Source of the DNA: a virus
Taxonomy: Duplodnaviria > Caudoviricetes
Virus record (IMG/VR): IMGVR_UViG_3300023175_000096
Location: 1-39,909 of that record
Direction: 5' to 3' (one strand)
Length of the DNA stretch: 39,909 nucleotides
How positions within the stretch are numbered: position 1 is the stretch's first letter; every line of letters starts with the position of its first letter. The notes under the pieces were generated by a model. It worked only from the letters and a program-made list of their open reading frames with translations, was not told where the DNA came from and ran no database searches. This document shows positions 29,456 to 38,910 of this stretch, piece by piece. Made by a program: the position numbers and the translations under genes.

Positions 29456-30290
29456 AGGATTTTGTTTGCTGGCACAAAATAATTCTAAAACAGATTATGT
29501 ACGTCAAGCATATGCTCTTGCACTAAGTTTGCATCTTTATAACAAAGATCAAAAGATTAGTTTAATTACTAATGATATTGTGCCCAAAGAATGGCAAAGT
29601 GTATTTGATCAAATTATTCCTATACCTTGGACTGATAGTGCAGAAGATAGCGAATGGAAAATTGAAAACAGATGGAAAGTTTATCATGCTAGTCCATATG
29701 AAGAAACTATTGTATTAGAAGCTGACATGCTTATTACTAGTGATATTACTCATTGGTGGAACGAATTAGGAAAACATGATTTATTTTTTGTAAGCAATGT
29801 AAGAACTTATCGAGATGAATTAGTAACTAACAGATTTTATAGAAAAACATTTGATGCTAACGAACTTCCTAATTTGTATAGTGCGTTACATTATTTTAAG
29901 AAAGGTAAAACTGCAAAAGAATTTTATAATTTACTTGAAATTATTGTGAATAACTGGGCATTATTTTATTCTAAGTATGCTCCAAACGAATATCAAAAAT
30001 GGTGTAGTATTGATTTATCAGCAGCTATTGCAAGTAAAATATTAGGCAATGAAACTGAAATTACTAACCCTAGCAGTTTTATCACATTTACACATATGAA
30101 GCCGCTAATACAAGGATGGTATAATAAACCTCAAAAATGGACTAAAGTTCTTGGAAAATATTTTACTGATGAAGGTAATTTGTTTTTAGGAAATTATTTA
30201 CAAACTAGAGTACTACATTATGTAGAAGATAGTTTCTTAACAGATGAATTAATAGAGAAATTAAAACATGGAAAAACACTTTTATCTTAA
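29448..30290 (+). CDS. GT-A fold glycosyltransferase-like protein, paralogue of the upstream gene
   Basis: RGFCLLAQNN..DYVRQAYALALS, and ENRWKVYHASPYEETIVLEADML with ExD in place of DxD; C-terminal FTHMKP and LHYV. Confidence 0.65.
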   Translation: MNRGFCLLAQNNSKTDYVRQAYALALSLHLYNKDQKISLITNDIVPKEWQSVFDQIIPIPWTDSAEDSEWKIENRWKVYHASPYEETIVLEADMLITSDITHWWNELGKHDLFFVSNVRTYRDELVTNRFYRKTFDANELPNLYSALHYFKKGKTAKEFYNLLEIIVNNWALFYSKYAPNEYQKWCSIDLSAAIASKILGNETEITNPSSFITFTHMKPLIQGWYNKPQKWTKVLGKYFTDEGNLFLGNYLQTRVLHYVEDSFLTDELIEKLKHGKTLLS

Positions 30291-30846
30291 TTTTAGAGAA
30301 GACACAGGAAATATATGGAAGCTAACTAACGAGTTAGATACTTCAACGCCTTATATTGAAATTGATCGCGAAACAATGTTAGACTTTGCTGAAGAAAGAA
30401 AAAAGATGGATGATTATATGGTTGTTCCGTCTAGCGATAAAACATTAAAATATGAGATTAAATTTAAACATAAAGATTTATCTGAATTTGATGTTGATAA
30501 AAGTGTTCACAGATTACCTATAGTTGATACTATAGATACAAATAATGCATTTTTAATTAAACAAAATTTAAAAACTGCTACGTGGACTATTAGTTTAACA
30601 GAAGAACTAAGAGAGTTATTATCGAGTACACTTTATTATAAAGATAAAAATCAAGTAGTATATGTTACACAAAAAGATAATCCTGCTGTATTACTAGACA
30701 CACTTGATATTAAAATGTATAATGTATTATATACAGATAGTTTTGAAATGAAAGATCAAGATATAGATGTTGCTAAAAATCCTAAAGTAAGTTTATATTG
30801 CGGAAAAGCATTTGAAAATTATTTTCACATTCAGGAGACAGAATGA
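30268..30846 (+). CDS. Hypothetical protein
   Basis: 192-aa ORF overlapping both neighbours in the coupled run; no recognised motif. Confidence 0.65.
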   Translation: MEKHFYLNFREDTGNIWKLTNELDTSTPYIEIDRETMLDFAEERKKMDDYMVVPSSDKTLKYEIKFKHKDLSEFDVDKSVHRLPIVDTIDTNNAFLIKQNLKTATWTISLTEELRELLSSTLYYKDKNQVVYVTQKDNPAVLLDTLDIKMYNVLYTDSFEMKDQDIDVAKNPKVSLYCGKAFENYFHIQETE

Positions 30847-31736
30847 GTACTATTAAAATAGTAGATCAAGATATTATCTTTTTGTCATACGACGAACCAA
30901 ACGCAGAAAAGAACTATGCTGACTTATGTCAGAAAGTGCCTTGGGCTAAACGTGTACATGGAGTACATGGTAGCGATGCAGCACATAAGGCGTGTGCAGA
31001 CTTAGCTGAAACAGAATATTTTATTACTGTAGATGCAGATAATATTATAGATCAAGAATTTTTAAATGTTGAAGTAGATTATGAAGAATTAGGGTTAACG
31101 CCTGAACATGTTTTTAGTTGGTGTGGTAAAGTACACGTTAACGGACTTATGTACGGCAACGGTGGACTTAAAATGTGGACACGCAAATTTGTTCACAATA
31201 TGAAAACACATGAACACAGTGAAGAAGGCGACGAACGTGGAAAAGTTGAATTTTGCTTTGACGACAAGTATTATCAATTTAACGAGAACTACAGCGTTTC
31301 ATATACTAATGCTACACCGTGGCAGTCTTGGAGAGCAGGCTTCCGTGAAGGTGTTAAAATGAGTTTAGATCAAGGCGCAAAAGTAAATGACTTGCGTAAG
31401 GTATGGTGGCAAAACTATCAACGATTACTTATATGGAGTCAAGTTGGAGCAGATGTAAAAAACGGCATATGGAGTATATTAGGCGCACGACAAGGCTGTT
31501 ATATGACAAACTGTACAGATTGGGATTATGCTAATGTGCGTGACTTTGAATGGCTAAACAACTTTTGGGAAAGTGATGTAAAAAATCTAAACCCAGAAGA
31601 AGAAGCAGAACGTTTAGGATTTGAAATACTAAAAGGCACAGGTGTTGATATGTCTACTAAACCGTTAGATGCAGAACAAAGCAAGTTCTTTAAGGCAGTA
31701 TATCAAAATACACCAAGGATTATTAGATCTAGATGA
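30843..31736 (+). CDS. Glycosyltransferase family 2-like (GT-A) protein
   Basis: DIIFLSYDEP first strand, AHKACA, YFITVDADN (DxD), NGLMYGNGGLK, WRAGFREGVKM; AGGAG SD and ATGA coupling. Confidence 0.7.
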   Translation: MSTIKIVDQDIIFLSYDEPNAEKNYADLCQKVPWAKRVHGVHGSDAAHKACADLAETEYFITVDADNIIDQEFLNVEVDYEELGLTPEHVFSWCGKVHVNGLMYGNGGLKMWTRKFVHNMKTHEHSEEGDERGKVEFCFDDKYYQFNENYSVSYTNATPWQSWRAGFREGVKMSLDQGAKVNDLRKVWWQNYQRLLIWSQVGADVKNGIWSILGARQGCYMTNCTDWDYANVRDFEWLNNFWESDVKNLNPEEEAERLGFEILKGTGVDMSTKPLDAEQSKFFKAVYQNTPRIIRSR

Positions 31737-33115
31737 GTAACGAACAGCGTATAAAAATACTAGAAGAAAAGCGTGAAAAAATTAACAATGTTAGTTGTAG
31801 CTTCTGTACGGCTAAATGGCTGCAAACTACACTGCTATTACAAAATGGATACAATCACAGTTGCCACCATCCAGCACCGCATAAAATTCCTTTAGAAGAA
31901 ATTGAAAAAGACCCTGCTGCACTGCATAACAGTCAATATAAAAAACAACAAAGACTTGATATGATTTTAGGTAACAGGCCTAAAGAATGCGAATATTGTT
32001 GGAAGATAGAAGATTTAGGCAAAGACTATTTTAGTGATCGTCATTACAAAACAGCAGATACTTGGGCATGGGATAGATTTGAAGAAATAGCAACCAGTGA
32101 CCCTGGAGAAAATGTTTATCCTAGTTACTTAGAAGTATCATTTTCAAATGCATGTAACTTTGCTTGTGCGTACTGTTCTCCTGAAATTAGTTCAAAGTGG
32201 ATGGAAGATGTAAAACAAAATGGACCTTATCCTACTAAGCATGGTGCTCATCATTTAGATTATTTAGAAAAAACAGGCAAAATGCCTTATCGTCATAGTG
32301 ATGATAATCCATATGTTACTGCATTTTGGAAATGGTTTCCTGATGCATTGCCTTATTTAAAAGTATTACGCATTACAGGCGGCGAACCTACAATGTCAAA
32401 AGACACATGGAAGTTGCTAGATTATCTAATTGAAAATCCTCGTCAAGGGTTAGACGTTGCTATCAATACAAATGCCTGTGTTGAAAATAAATTAATAGAT
32501 AAACTAATAGAAAAAATCAATGCATTAAATAGTGTTGGTGTTAAAGTTGATGTTTATACTAGCCTTGAAAGCACAGGCGCACAAGCAGAATATGTAAGAG
32601 ACGGGCTAGTTTACAGCAAGTGGTTAATAAATGTAGATAGATTACTAAAAGAAACTAAATCATCTGTTGCTATAATGACTACAGTTAACATGTTAAGTCT
32701 TCCTAGTTTTATTGATTTTATAATGTTAATTATGGACTTTCGTAAAGAATACAATAAAACATTTGAAATTAATCGTATACCGTTAAGTATTAATATTATG
32801 CGTTGGCCACCTCACTTACAATGCACTTTATTAGATAAAGAATATCGAACAAGTATTGCAAATACTATTGAAAAAGTTTGTGAACAATGGTTAAAATATT
32901 ATACTAAAGAAAAATATGCTAGAATATATCTAGAAGAATTTGATCAAATACAAAGACTTTGTGATTATTTGAGGTCAACGGAGCCAGCAGTGGAACACAG
33001 AGCTGACTTTGTACGATACATACATGCATATGATAAAAGAAGAAATAAAAATTTTGTAGAAGTATTTCCACAATATATAGAAATGTTAGAGGAATGGGAT
33101 GCCAAAGAAGCCTGA
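31733..33115 (+). CDS. Radical SAM protein with N-terminal twitch-like Cys cluster
   Basis: CNFACAYC (CxxxCxxC) at about 32153, ITGGEPT, INTN; N-terminal FCTAKW...SCHHP...ECEYCW. Confidence 0.9.
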   Translation: MSNEQRIKILEEKREKINNVSCSFCTAKWLQTTLLLQNGYNHSCHHPAPHKIPLEEIEKDPAALHNSQYKKQQRLDMILGNRPKECEYCWKIEDLGKDYFSDRHYKTADTWAWDRFEEIATSDPGENVYPSYLEVSFSNACNFACAYCSPEISSKWMEDVKQNGPYPTKHGAHHLDYLEKTGKMPYRHSDDNPYVTAFWKWFPDALPYLKVLRITGGEPTMSKDTWKLLDYLIENPRQGLDVAINTNACVENKLIDKLIEKINALNSVGVKVDVYTSLESTGAQAEYVRDGLVYSKWLINVDRLLKETKSSVAIMTTVNMLSLPSFIDFIMLIMDFRKEYNKTFEINRIPLSINIMRWPPHLQCTLLDKEYRTSIANTIEKVCEQWLKYYTKEKYARIYLEEFDQIQRLCDYLRSTEPAVEHRADFVRYIHAYDKRRNKNFVEVFPQYIEMLEEWDAKEA

Positions 33116-34547
33116 AGAAAATTTACAACAGTATCGAGATAGGGTACTTAACAGTAAAAGTAAAAGTTTTTGCGGAGCAAAGTGGTACAATGCTACTACT
33201 TGGTTAGGTAGTGGTACAACTGCAAGTTGTCACCATCCACCTGCACATCAAATTCCGCTAGTAGAAGTACAGGAAAATTTTACAGCTATTCATAATACAG
33301 AACACAAAAAAGAAATGCGCCGTATGATGCAAAACGGTGAGCGTCCTCGAGAGTGTGAGTATTGCTGGAAGATGGAAGATATGGGTAAAAATGCAGTCAG
33401 TGACCGTACTTTCAAAAGCATTATCTATACTGACGAACAATTACAACAAGCATATGAAGCTGACTATAAAGAAAATACTAACCTTAAAACTTTCGAGATT
33501 GCTTTTGATAGGGTTTGTAATCTTGCTTGTTCATACTGCAATGCCTCCTTTAGCACCACCTGGGCCAAAGACATCAAGAACAACGGACCATACGAGAATC
33601 TTGTAAGTGATGGCGCCGGAGCCTTCCATCAAGACGGATCGTGGGCACAGCCTTATAAAAATGACGAAGACAATCCTTACATTCAAGCATTTTGGAAATG
33701 GTGGGATAACGGTCTTAGTGAAAGTTTAGAAGAACTACGTGTTACAGGTGGCGAACCTTTGATGAGCGGAAACACTTGGAAATTATTTGATTGGTTTAAT
33801 GCGCAAGATACTAATATGAGATTTGCTATCAATAGTAATCTTATTGCTAAAGAAGATATTATAGATAGGCTAATTGCCAAAACACAAGGTATGAAACATT
33901 TTGATTTGTATACTAGTTGCGAAGCAGTAGGTGCGCAAGCAGAATATATTCGTGATGGATTAGATTATGAACTATGGTTAAAAAATATTAAACGTATTTT
34001 AACCGAAGGTAATTGTAATGGCGTAAACATTATGATGACTATTAATAGTCTTTGTTTGTTTAGTATTACAGAGTTCCTTGACGAAGTATATAAATTAAAA
34101 GAACTTACACAAAGTAGAAAACCTACAGTAAGTTTAAACTTATTGCGTTTTCCTAGTTTTCAAAGTCCACTAGCATTACCTAACCATATAAAAGACTATT
34201 GTCATGATAAGTTAAACACTTGGTGGCAAAAACGCAAAGACGATATTGGCTGGCATGAGTTTGAAAAAGCAAGTATAGAAAGACTTATAGATTACTTAGT
34301 TACTGTTGATGCTCCGCATAGACGTACAAGTAATCCAGTAACGCTATGGCGTGACTTTAAAACTTTCTATCAGCAATATGACATTAGACGTAACAAAAGC
34401 ATCTATGTATTTCCTAAAATTCTTACAGACTGGGTAGACAGTATTCCGGACACTGATTTAGCAATACAAGAATTAGCAGAAAAAGAAGGTTGGGTGCTAA
34501 AACCCGATTCGAGGAACATCGATGATCCCCTTGCGGCCTACGATTAA
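33099..34547 (+). CDS. Radical SAM protein with N-terminal twitch-like Cys cluster (close paralogue of the upstream gene)
   Basis: CNLACSYC at about 33516, VTGGEPL, INSN; N-terminal FCGAKW...SCHHP...ECEYCW; shared DNPY..AFWKW and QAEY.RDGL.Y..W. Confidence 0.9.
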   Translation: MPKKPEENLQQYRDRVLNSKSKSFCGAKWYNATTWLGSGTTASCHHPPAHQIPLVEVQENFTAIHNTEHKKEMRRMMQNGERPRECEYCWKMEDMGKNAVSDRTFKSIIYTDEQLQQAYEADYKENTNLKTFEIAFDRVCNLACSYCNASFSTTWAKDIKNNGPYENLVSDGAGAFHQDGSWAQPYKNDEDNPYIQAFWKWWDNGLSESLEELRVTGGEPLMSGNTWKLFDWFNAQDTNMRFAINSNLIAKEDIIDRLIAKTQGMKHFDLYTSCEAVGAQAEYIRDGLDYELWLKNIKRILTEGNCNGVNIMMTINSLCLFSITEFLDEVYKLKELTQSRKPTVSLNLLRFPSFQSPLALPNHIKDYCHDKLNTWWQKRKDDIGWHEFEKASIERLIDYLVTVDAPHRRTSNPVTLWRDFKTFYQQYDIRRNKSIYVFPKILTDWVDSIPDTDLAIQELAEKEGWVLKPDSRNIDDPLAAYD

Positions 34548-35877
34548 TTTGTATTACGATAAAATTATAGACAATACTCCAGTTCCAAATGGTGTCACAG
34601 AATATAATTTTACTAAAGACTTACTTAGAATTCCTGTAAGTGCTAAAAAACACTGGCCAATTAACGATACTACATTACTCTTTAACGTACTTAAAGTACT
34701 AGATGTTGAAAGAGTTAATATCTTTTCAGGAAACGAAACTGCAAAGAGTTTGTTTTATCCATTAGAGCTTAACAAAGGAAATTCATGGTATGATTTAGAT
34801 TTTGAAACTATTATTCCTAATAAATCTCTTTCTAAAATTAGAAAAGGTAAAATGAAATTATTAATTTTTGCACCAAGATTGTCTCATGATTATAGAGTAT
34901 TATGGAAATTAAGAACACAACTTGATAAACTAGGTGCAAAAAAGATAACAAGAGATAAAATCTATATTGTTTTAGGTGATTTAAATCGTTCATATAGAAA
35001 ATTATTTGATAATCCTAATGTATATGGTATAGACTGGTGGCAAATTTTTGCACAACTTGCTTATAAAAATAGAGATAGTGAAAAAAGCATGTATTGGGTA
35101 TATAGAGAGCCATCATTTTTTCCGTTATCTCCTGAACAAATTGATAAAGAAGATTTTAAATTTGAAAATTGGAAGCCTAAAAGAGTATTTACAGCATACA
35201 CAGGTAATAATGCAAGACACAATCTTGCATTTATTAGTGAATTAATATATAGACAGTTAGATGTGCATGGGAAATATAGTTTTAATTTAACAAAAGAAAA
35301 AACTCCTATAAATTCTAGTAATTTTAGAATAATTGACAAAACTAACAGTACTGAATATGTTAGAAAAAAAGAACAAATTATAAAATCATTAACAGGAACA
35401 AAAAAATTAGATTATGATTTTAATACTTTAAGAAGAACTCCGTTAGTGTTTGATAAATCTGACTACGAAGATAGTTTAATTAGTATTGTCAGCGGACCAT
35501 ATTCGCCTATGTTTGATAGATCTTATATGGATGAAGTTAATATGCTATCCCCTAAATTAGGTATTTGGAGACAAATAGCCAAAGGGCACCCGTTCATGGC
35601 GCTTGGTTGTTTAAATACAATGGGTTATATAGGAGGAGAAGGATATTTTCTTCCTACCTTAATTACAAATCATTTTTATGATAGAGTATCAAAAACAACA
35701 GATAAAGTTAAACTAATGTGCGATAGTATTGAAATAATGTCACAGTACACTGAGCAAGAAATGGCAGATAAAGTAGAAGAATTAATACCATTTATGAAAA
35801 AGAATAAACAAAAGTTTTTTAATATGAAACATCAACGTAAATTTGAAAAACTTTTTAGTGAGATGAACTATGAATGA
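34522..35877 (+). CDS. Hypothetical protein, possibly a divergent GT-B-like glycan-related protein
   Basis: 451 aa with a GAGG SD, coupled on both sides. The C-terminal Y.DSLISIVS...IAKGHPFMALG...G.EGY....FYD resembles a degenerate GT-B C-terminal domain; weak evidence. Confidence 0.45.
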   Translation: MIPLRPTINLYYDKIIDNTPVPNGVTEYNFTKDLLRIPVSAKKHWPINDTTLLFNVLKVLDVERVNIFSGNETAKSLFYPLELNKGNSWYDLDFETIIPNKSLSKIRKGKMKLLIFAPRLSHDYRVLWKLRTQLDKLGAKKITRDKIYIVLGDLNRSYRKLFDNPNVYGIDWWQIFAQLAYKNRDSEKSMYWVYREPSFFPLSPEQIDKEDFKFENWKPKRVFTAYTGNNARHNLAFISELIYRQLDVHGKYSFNLTKEKTPINSSNFRIIDKTNSTEYVRKKEQIIKSLTGTKKLDYDFNTLRRTPLVFDKSDYEDSLISIVSGPYSPMFDRSYMDEVNMLSPKLGIWRQIAKGHPFMALGCLNTMGYIGGEGYFLPTLITNHFYDRVSKTTDKVKLMCDSIEIMSQYTEQEMADKVEELIPFMKKNKQKFFNMKHQRKFEKLFSEMNYE

Positions 35878-37135
35878 TGATTTAAAAAATAGTCCTAATT
35901 TTTGCGTAGCACCGTGGATGCATTTACATGTTATTAATGATGGAAGATCGTTTGCATGTTGTCAAACGCCTTTACGTGAAGAAAATAGTTTTGGAAATGT
36001 CAAACATGAAAAATTAATAGACGTTGTTAATAGTCCTAAAGCTAAAAAAATGCGAAAGGACATGTTAGAAGGAAAACCTCTTCCTAGTGCATGTGAACGT
36101 TGTGTATCAAAACAACAGAATAATTTGAATACTATGCGTACTGGTCTTAATAGTAAATGGTTTGATGAAACTAAAGACTTAATTGCTAGTACGGCAGAAG
36201 ATGGTACATTGCCTGAATTACAATTAAAATATTGGGACTTTAGATTTTCAAATTATTGTAATCTTGCTTGTACAACATGTTCGCCTCTCTTTAGTACACA
36301 GTGGGCAAAAGATTTTCAAAAATTACATCCTGGTGCAGACAAATATAGTGAAACTCAACTTATTGACTTAAAAGAAGCAAATGTATTTTGGGAAGACATT
36401 GAAGAAAATCTTGAAACTATGAAAGAGATACACTTTGCTGGTGGCGAACCATTAATTATGCCCGAGCATTGGAGAATTCTCAATATGCTAGACGAAAAAG
36501 AAAAATATGATATTTCTTTACGTTACAGTACAAATGGTACAACATTAGGAACAAAAAAACAAGATGTAATAGAATTATGGAAAAAATTTAACTATGTTCA
36601 TTTAAGTTTAAGTATAGACGGAGAAAGTGATACATTTGAGCACATTCGTTATAAAGGCAAATGGAAAGAAACATTAGAAAATCTTAAAAAGATTAGAGCT
36701 AGTGGAGCAGTTGATTATTGGTTTCATCCTACTGTTAGTATTCTTAATATATTTAGGCTTACTGAGTTACATCATGAATTGCATATTAATGATTTAATGC
36801 CACTAGAAGCAGTCCATCCAACTAGGGGCTTTTATATGGAAAACTATTGGGTAGATAGATTTCATATTAATCCTTTATTTACACCTGATTATTATAGTAT
36901 AACTGTTTTACCAGAAAATTTAAAAGAACAAGCAGCAGATAAGATTACAAAATATGGTAAAAAATTAGAAGCTGACACAGGCATACCGTTTAGTGGTTGG
37001 CAAAATATTATAGACTTTATGTACCAACATGATAATAGTCATTTATGGAAACAGTTTAAATGGAAGTCAAAACAGATAGACGATATTAGAGGTACTGATG
37101 TTTTTGCGTTAAATCCGGAGTTATTAGATGGCTAA
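35870..37135 (+). CDS. Twitch-domain-containing radical SAM protein
   Basis: N-terminal FCVAPWMHL....DG...ACC...GNV...MR..ML.G.....CERC; DFRFSNYCNLACTTC at about 36257, HFAGGEPL, YSTNGT, SIDG, IRY..KW. Confidence 0.9.
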   Translation: MNDDLKNSPNFCVAPWMHLHVINDGRSFACCQTPLREENSFGNVKHEKLIDVVNSPKAKKMRKDMLEGKPLPSACERCVSKQQNNLNTMRTGLNSKWFDETKDLIASTAEDGTLPELQLKYWDFRFSNYCNLACTTCSPLFSTQWAKDFQKLHPGADKYSETQLIDLKEANVFWEDIEENLETMKEIHFAGGEPLIMPEHWRILNMLDEKEKYDISLRYSTNGTTLGTKKQDVIELWKKFNYVHLSLSIDGESDTFEHIRYKGKWKETLENLKKIRASGAVDYWFHPTVSILNIFRLTELHHELHINDLMPLEAVHPTRGFYMENYWVDRFHINPLFTPDYYSITVLPENLKEQAADKITKYGKKLEADTGIPFSGWQNIIDFMYQHDNSHLWKQFKWKSKQIDDIRGTDVFALNPELLDG

Positions 37136-37961
37136 AATCAGAGGAGAAAAATTTAAACCTTTTGCACAAAATGCACCAATGAATAGTGATAATATTGCTT
37201 ACTATGGTGTACTTAAATATGAAGCGTTTCTTACACGACTTGAAAAGTTTAGTCCTGATGGCAATTATTTTATTAAAGAAACTATGCAAGATGCAGAAAA
37301 AGAAAATTTTGACAAAGATCCTTGGACTTACTATTTTAATAAATTTAATTTTAGAGATGAGTTTAATGCTGATAGTCCTAAAAAGAAAATTGGGTTTTTT
37401 GGCTGTAGTTTTACAATGGGAGAAGGAATTAAAAGAGAAAAAACTTTTGCCTATCAAGTAGCAAGCGAGTTTGATTTAGAATATTTTAATTTTGGTGCTC
37501 CTGGTTCAAGTGTAGAAAGGGTTGCTAGAACTTTTAGTATGGCTACTAAACTTGTTAATTTAGATTATGCAGTAATAACTTTTCCTAGTCATTTTAGACA
37601 ATTTTATCAAAATTCAAATTCAGAGATTATCAATATAATTCCTGGATGGCCCCACAGTGGATATAAAAAGATGGTAGAGACACTGTATACACTAGATGAT
37701 GAATTTTTTGCAGTTAAAGCAGTGTCGCATATTAATTGGGTGCATGATGTTGCCGAAGCTAATAATATTAAAATAATTTATAGTAGTTGGGATCATCCAT
37801 TAAACGAGCTTTGCAGTTTCTTAGCACCAAAGCAGACAATAGATCCATTTCCTAACATTGATGATAAATGTGCAAGAGATAACATGCATCCTGGTATAAA
37901 ATCGCAAACTGCTCATGCAGAACAAATTATAAAGGCAATCAATGATAGAGCTTGGGTTTAG
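37128..37961 (+). CDS. SGNH/GDSL-like hydrolase or acyltransferase fold protein
   Basis: Block I FFGCSFTMGEG, block II YFNFGAPGSS, and block V ARDNMHPG (DxxH) followed by a C-terminal helix. Confidence 0.75.
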   Translation: MAKIRGEKFKPFAQNAPMNSDNIAYYGVLKYEAFLTRLEKFSPDGNYFIKETMQDAEKENFDKDPWTYYFNKFNFRDEFNADSPKKKIGFFGCSFTMGEGIKREKTFAYQVASEFDLEYFNFGAPGSSVERVARTFSMATKLVNLDYAVITFPSHFRQFYQNSNSEIINIIPGWPHSGYKKMVETLYTLDDEFFAVKAVSHINWVHDVAEANNIKIIYSSWDHPLNELCSFLAPKQTIDPFPNIDDKCARDNMHPGIKSQTAHAEQIIKAINDRAWV

Positions 37962-38910
37962 AAATATAGAAAATAAAATTGAATATATCAATATACAGCC
38001 AAATGATAATGAACTATCAAACATATGGCTTAGTCAGCTTGACTTTTTATTAGCAACACATAATAGAAAAATATTTCAAAAAAATTTTAGTTTGCTAGGC
38101 TTTCATAACGATTACAGAACAGTAGCCCATATATGTGACGATCTTGATAGAAGTATTGCAACGATTAATTATTATAGCGATTATAAGATAGTAGAAAATT
38201 TTGGTCCCTTGCGTAATGGTTATGATCAAGATTTATTAAATATTTTACATCATCATTTTGAAGTTATGCAAGGGCAGTTATGGAATCCTGGTAACGAACT
38301 TGCTAATGCAAATGGTGATACTAGATTAGCAATTTGTTTTCTTAATCATTGCTGTCATGAATTAGAAGCATGGTACGAAACAGAAAACATAAAAGACGAA
38401 GGTTATCGAAACGGTTATTTTTATTATAACTTATTAGGTATCCAAGAAAGGATTGAACTAGATCCTAAATTTAAAAAAGATTTTACAAAAGATGTTACAG
38501 ACGGAATGGTATATCTTCATTACGCACAAACTGGAAAAACCTGGTTTGAAGCATATCTAGATAATGACGATGTTGTTGAATCAGCAGGAATATCTGAGCA
38601 TAGAGTTATTAGTGGAGAATTTAATTGCTATTTTGGAACTGGATACGAATTACCTTCAGATGAAAAATTTAGTTCTTGGCTAGAAAGTAAAGGCGTCGAT
38701 CCTAATGATGAACAATTAGGTCTTGGTTATGCACCTGTCGGAAAAGTAACAAATCTTACTGATGGAGAAGCACAAGATTTCTTTAAAGAATATAATGACT
38801 TTTATAGTATAGAATTTAACAAAAAACGTATTGAATATGATTTTCGTCACACTGATAATGCCTATATTAGATTGCTCACAGACATGTGGAGTAAATGGGG
38901 ACAACAATGA
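37942..38910 (+). CDS. Hypothetical protein with His/Glu-rich helical motifs
   Basis: 322 aa, coupled; LNILHHHFE, LNHCCHELE, LHYAQTGK. No family recognised. Confidence 0.6.
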   Translation: MIELGFRNIENKIEYINIQPNDNELSNIWLSQLDFLLATHNRKIFQKNFSLLGFHNDYRTVAHICDDLDRSIATINYYSDYKIVENFGPLRNGYDQDLLNILHHHFEVMQGQLWNPGNELANANGDTRLAICFLNHCCHELEAWYETENIKDEGYRNGYFYYNLLGIQERIELDPKFKKDFTKDVTDGMVYLHYAQTGKTWFEAYLDNDDVVESAGISEHRVISGEFNCYFGTGYELPSDEKFSSWLESKGVDPNDEQLGLGYAPVGKVTNLTDGEAQDFFKEYNDFYSIEFNKKRIEYDFRHTDNAYIRLLTDMWSKWGQQ

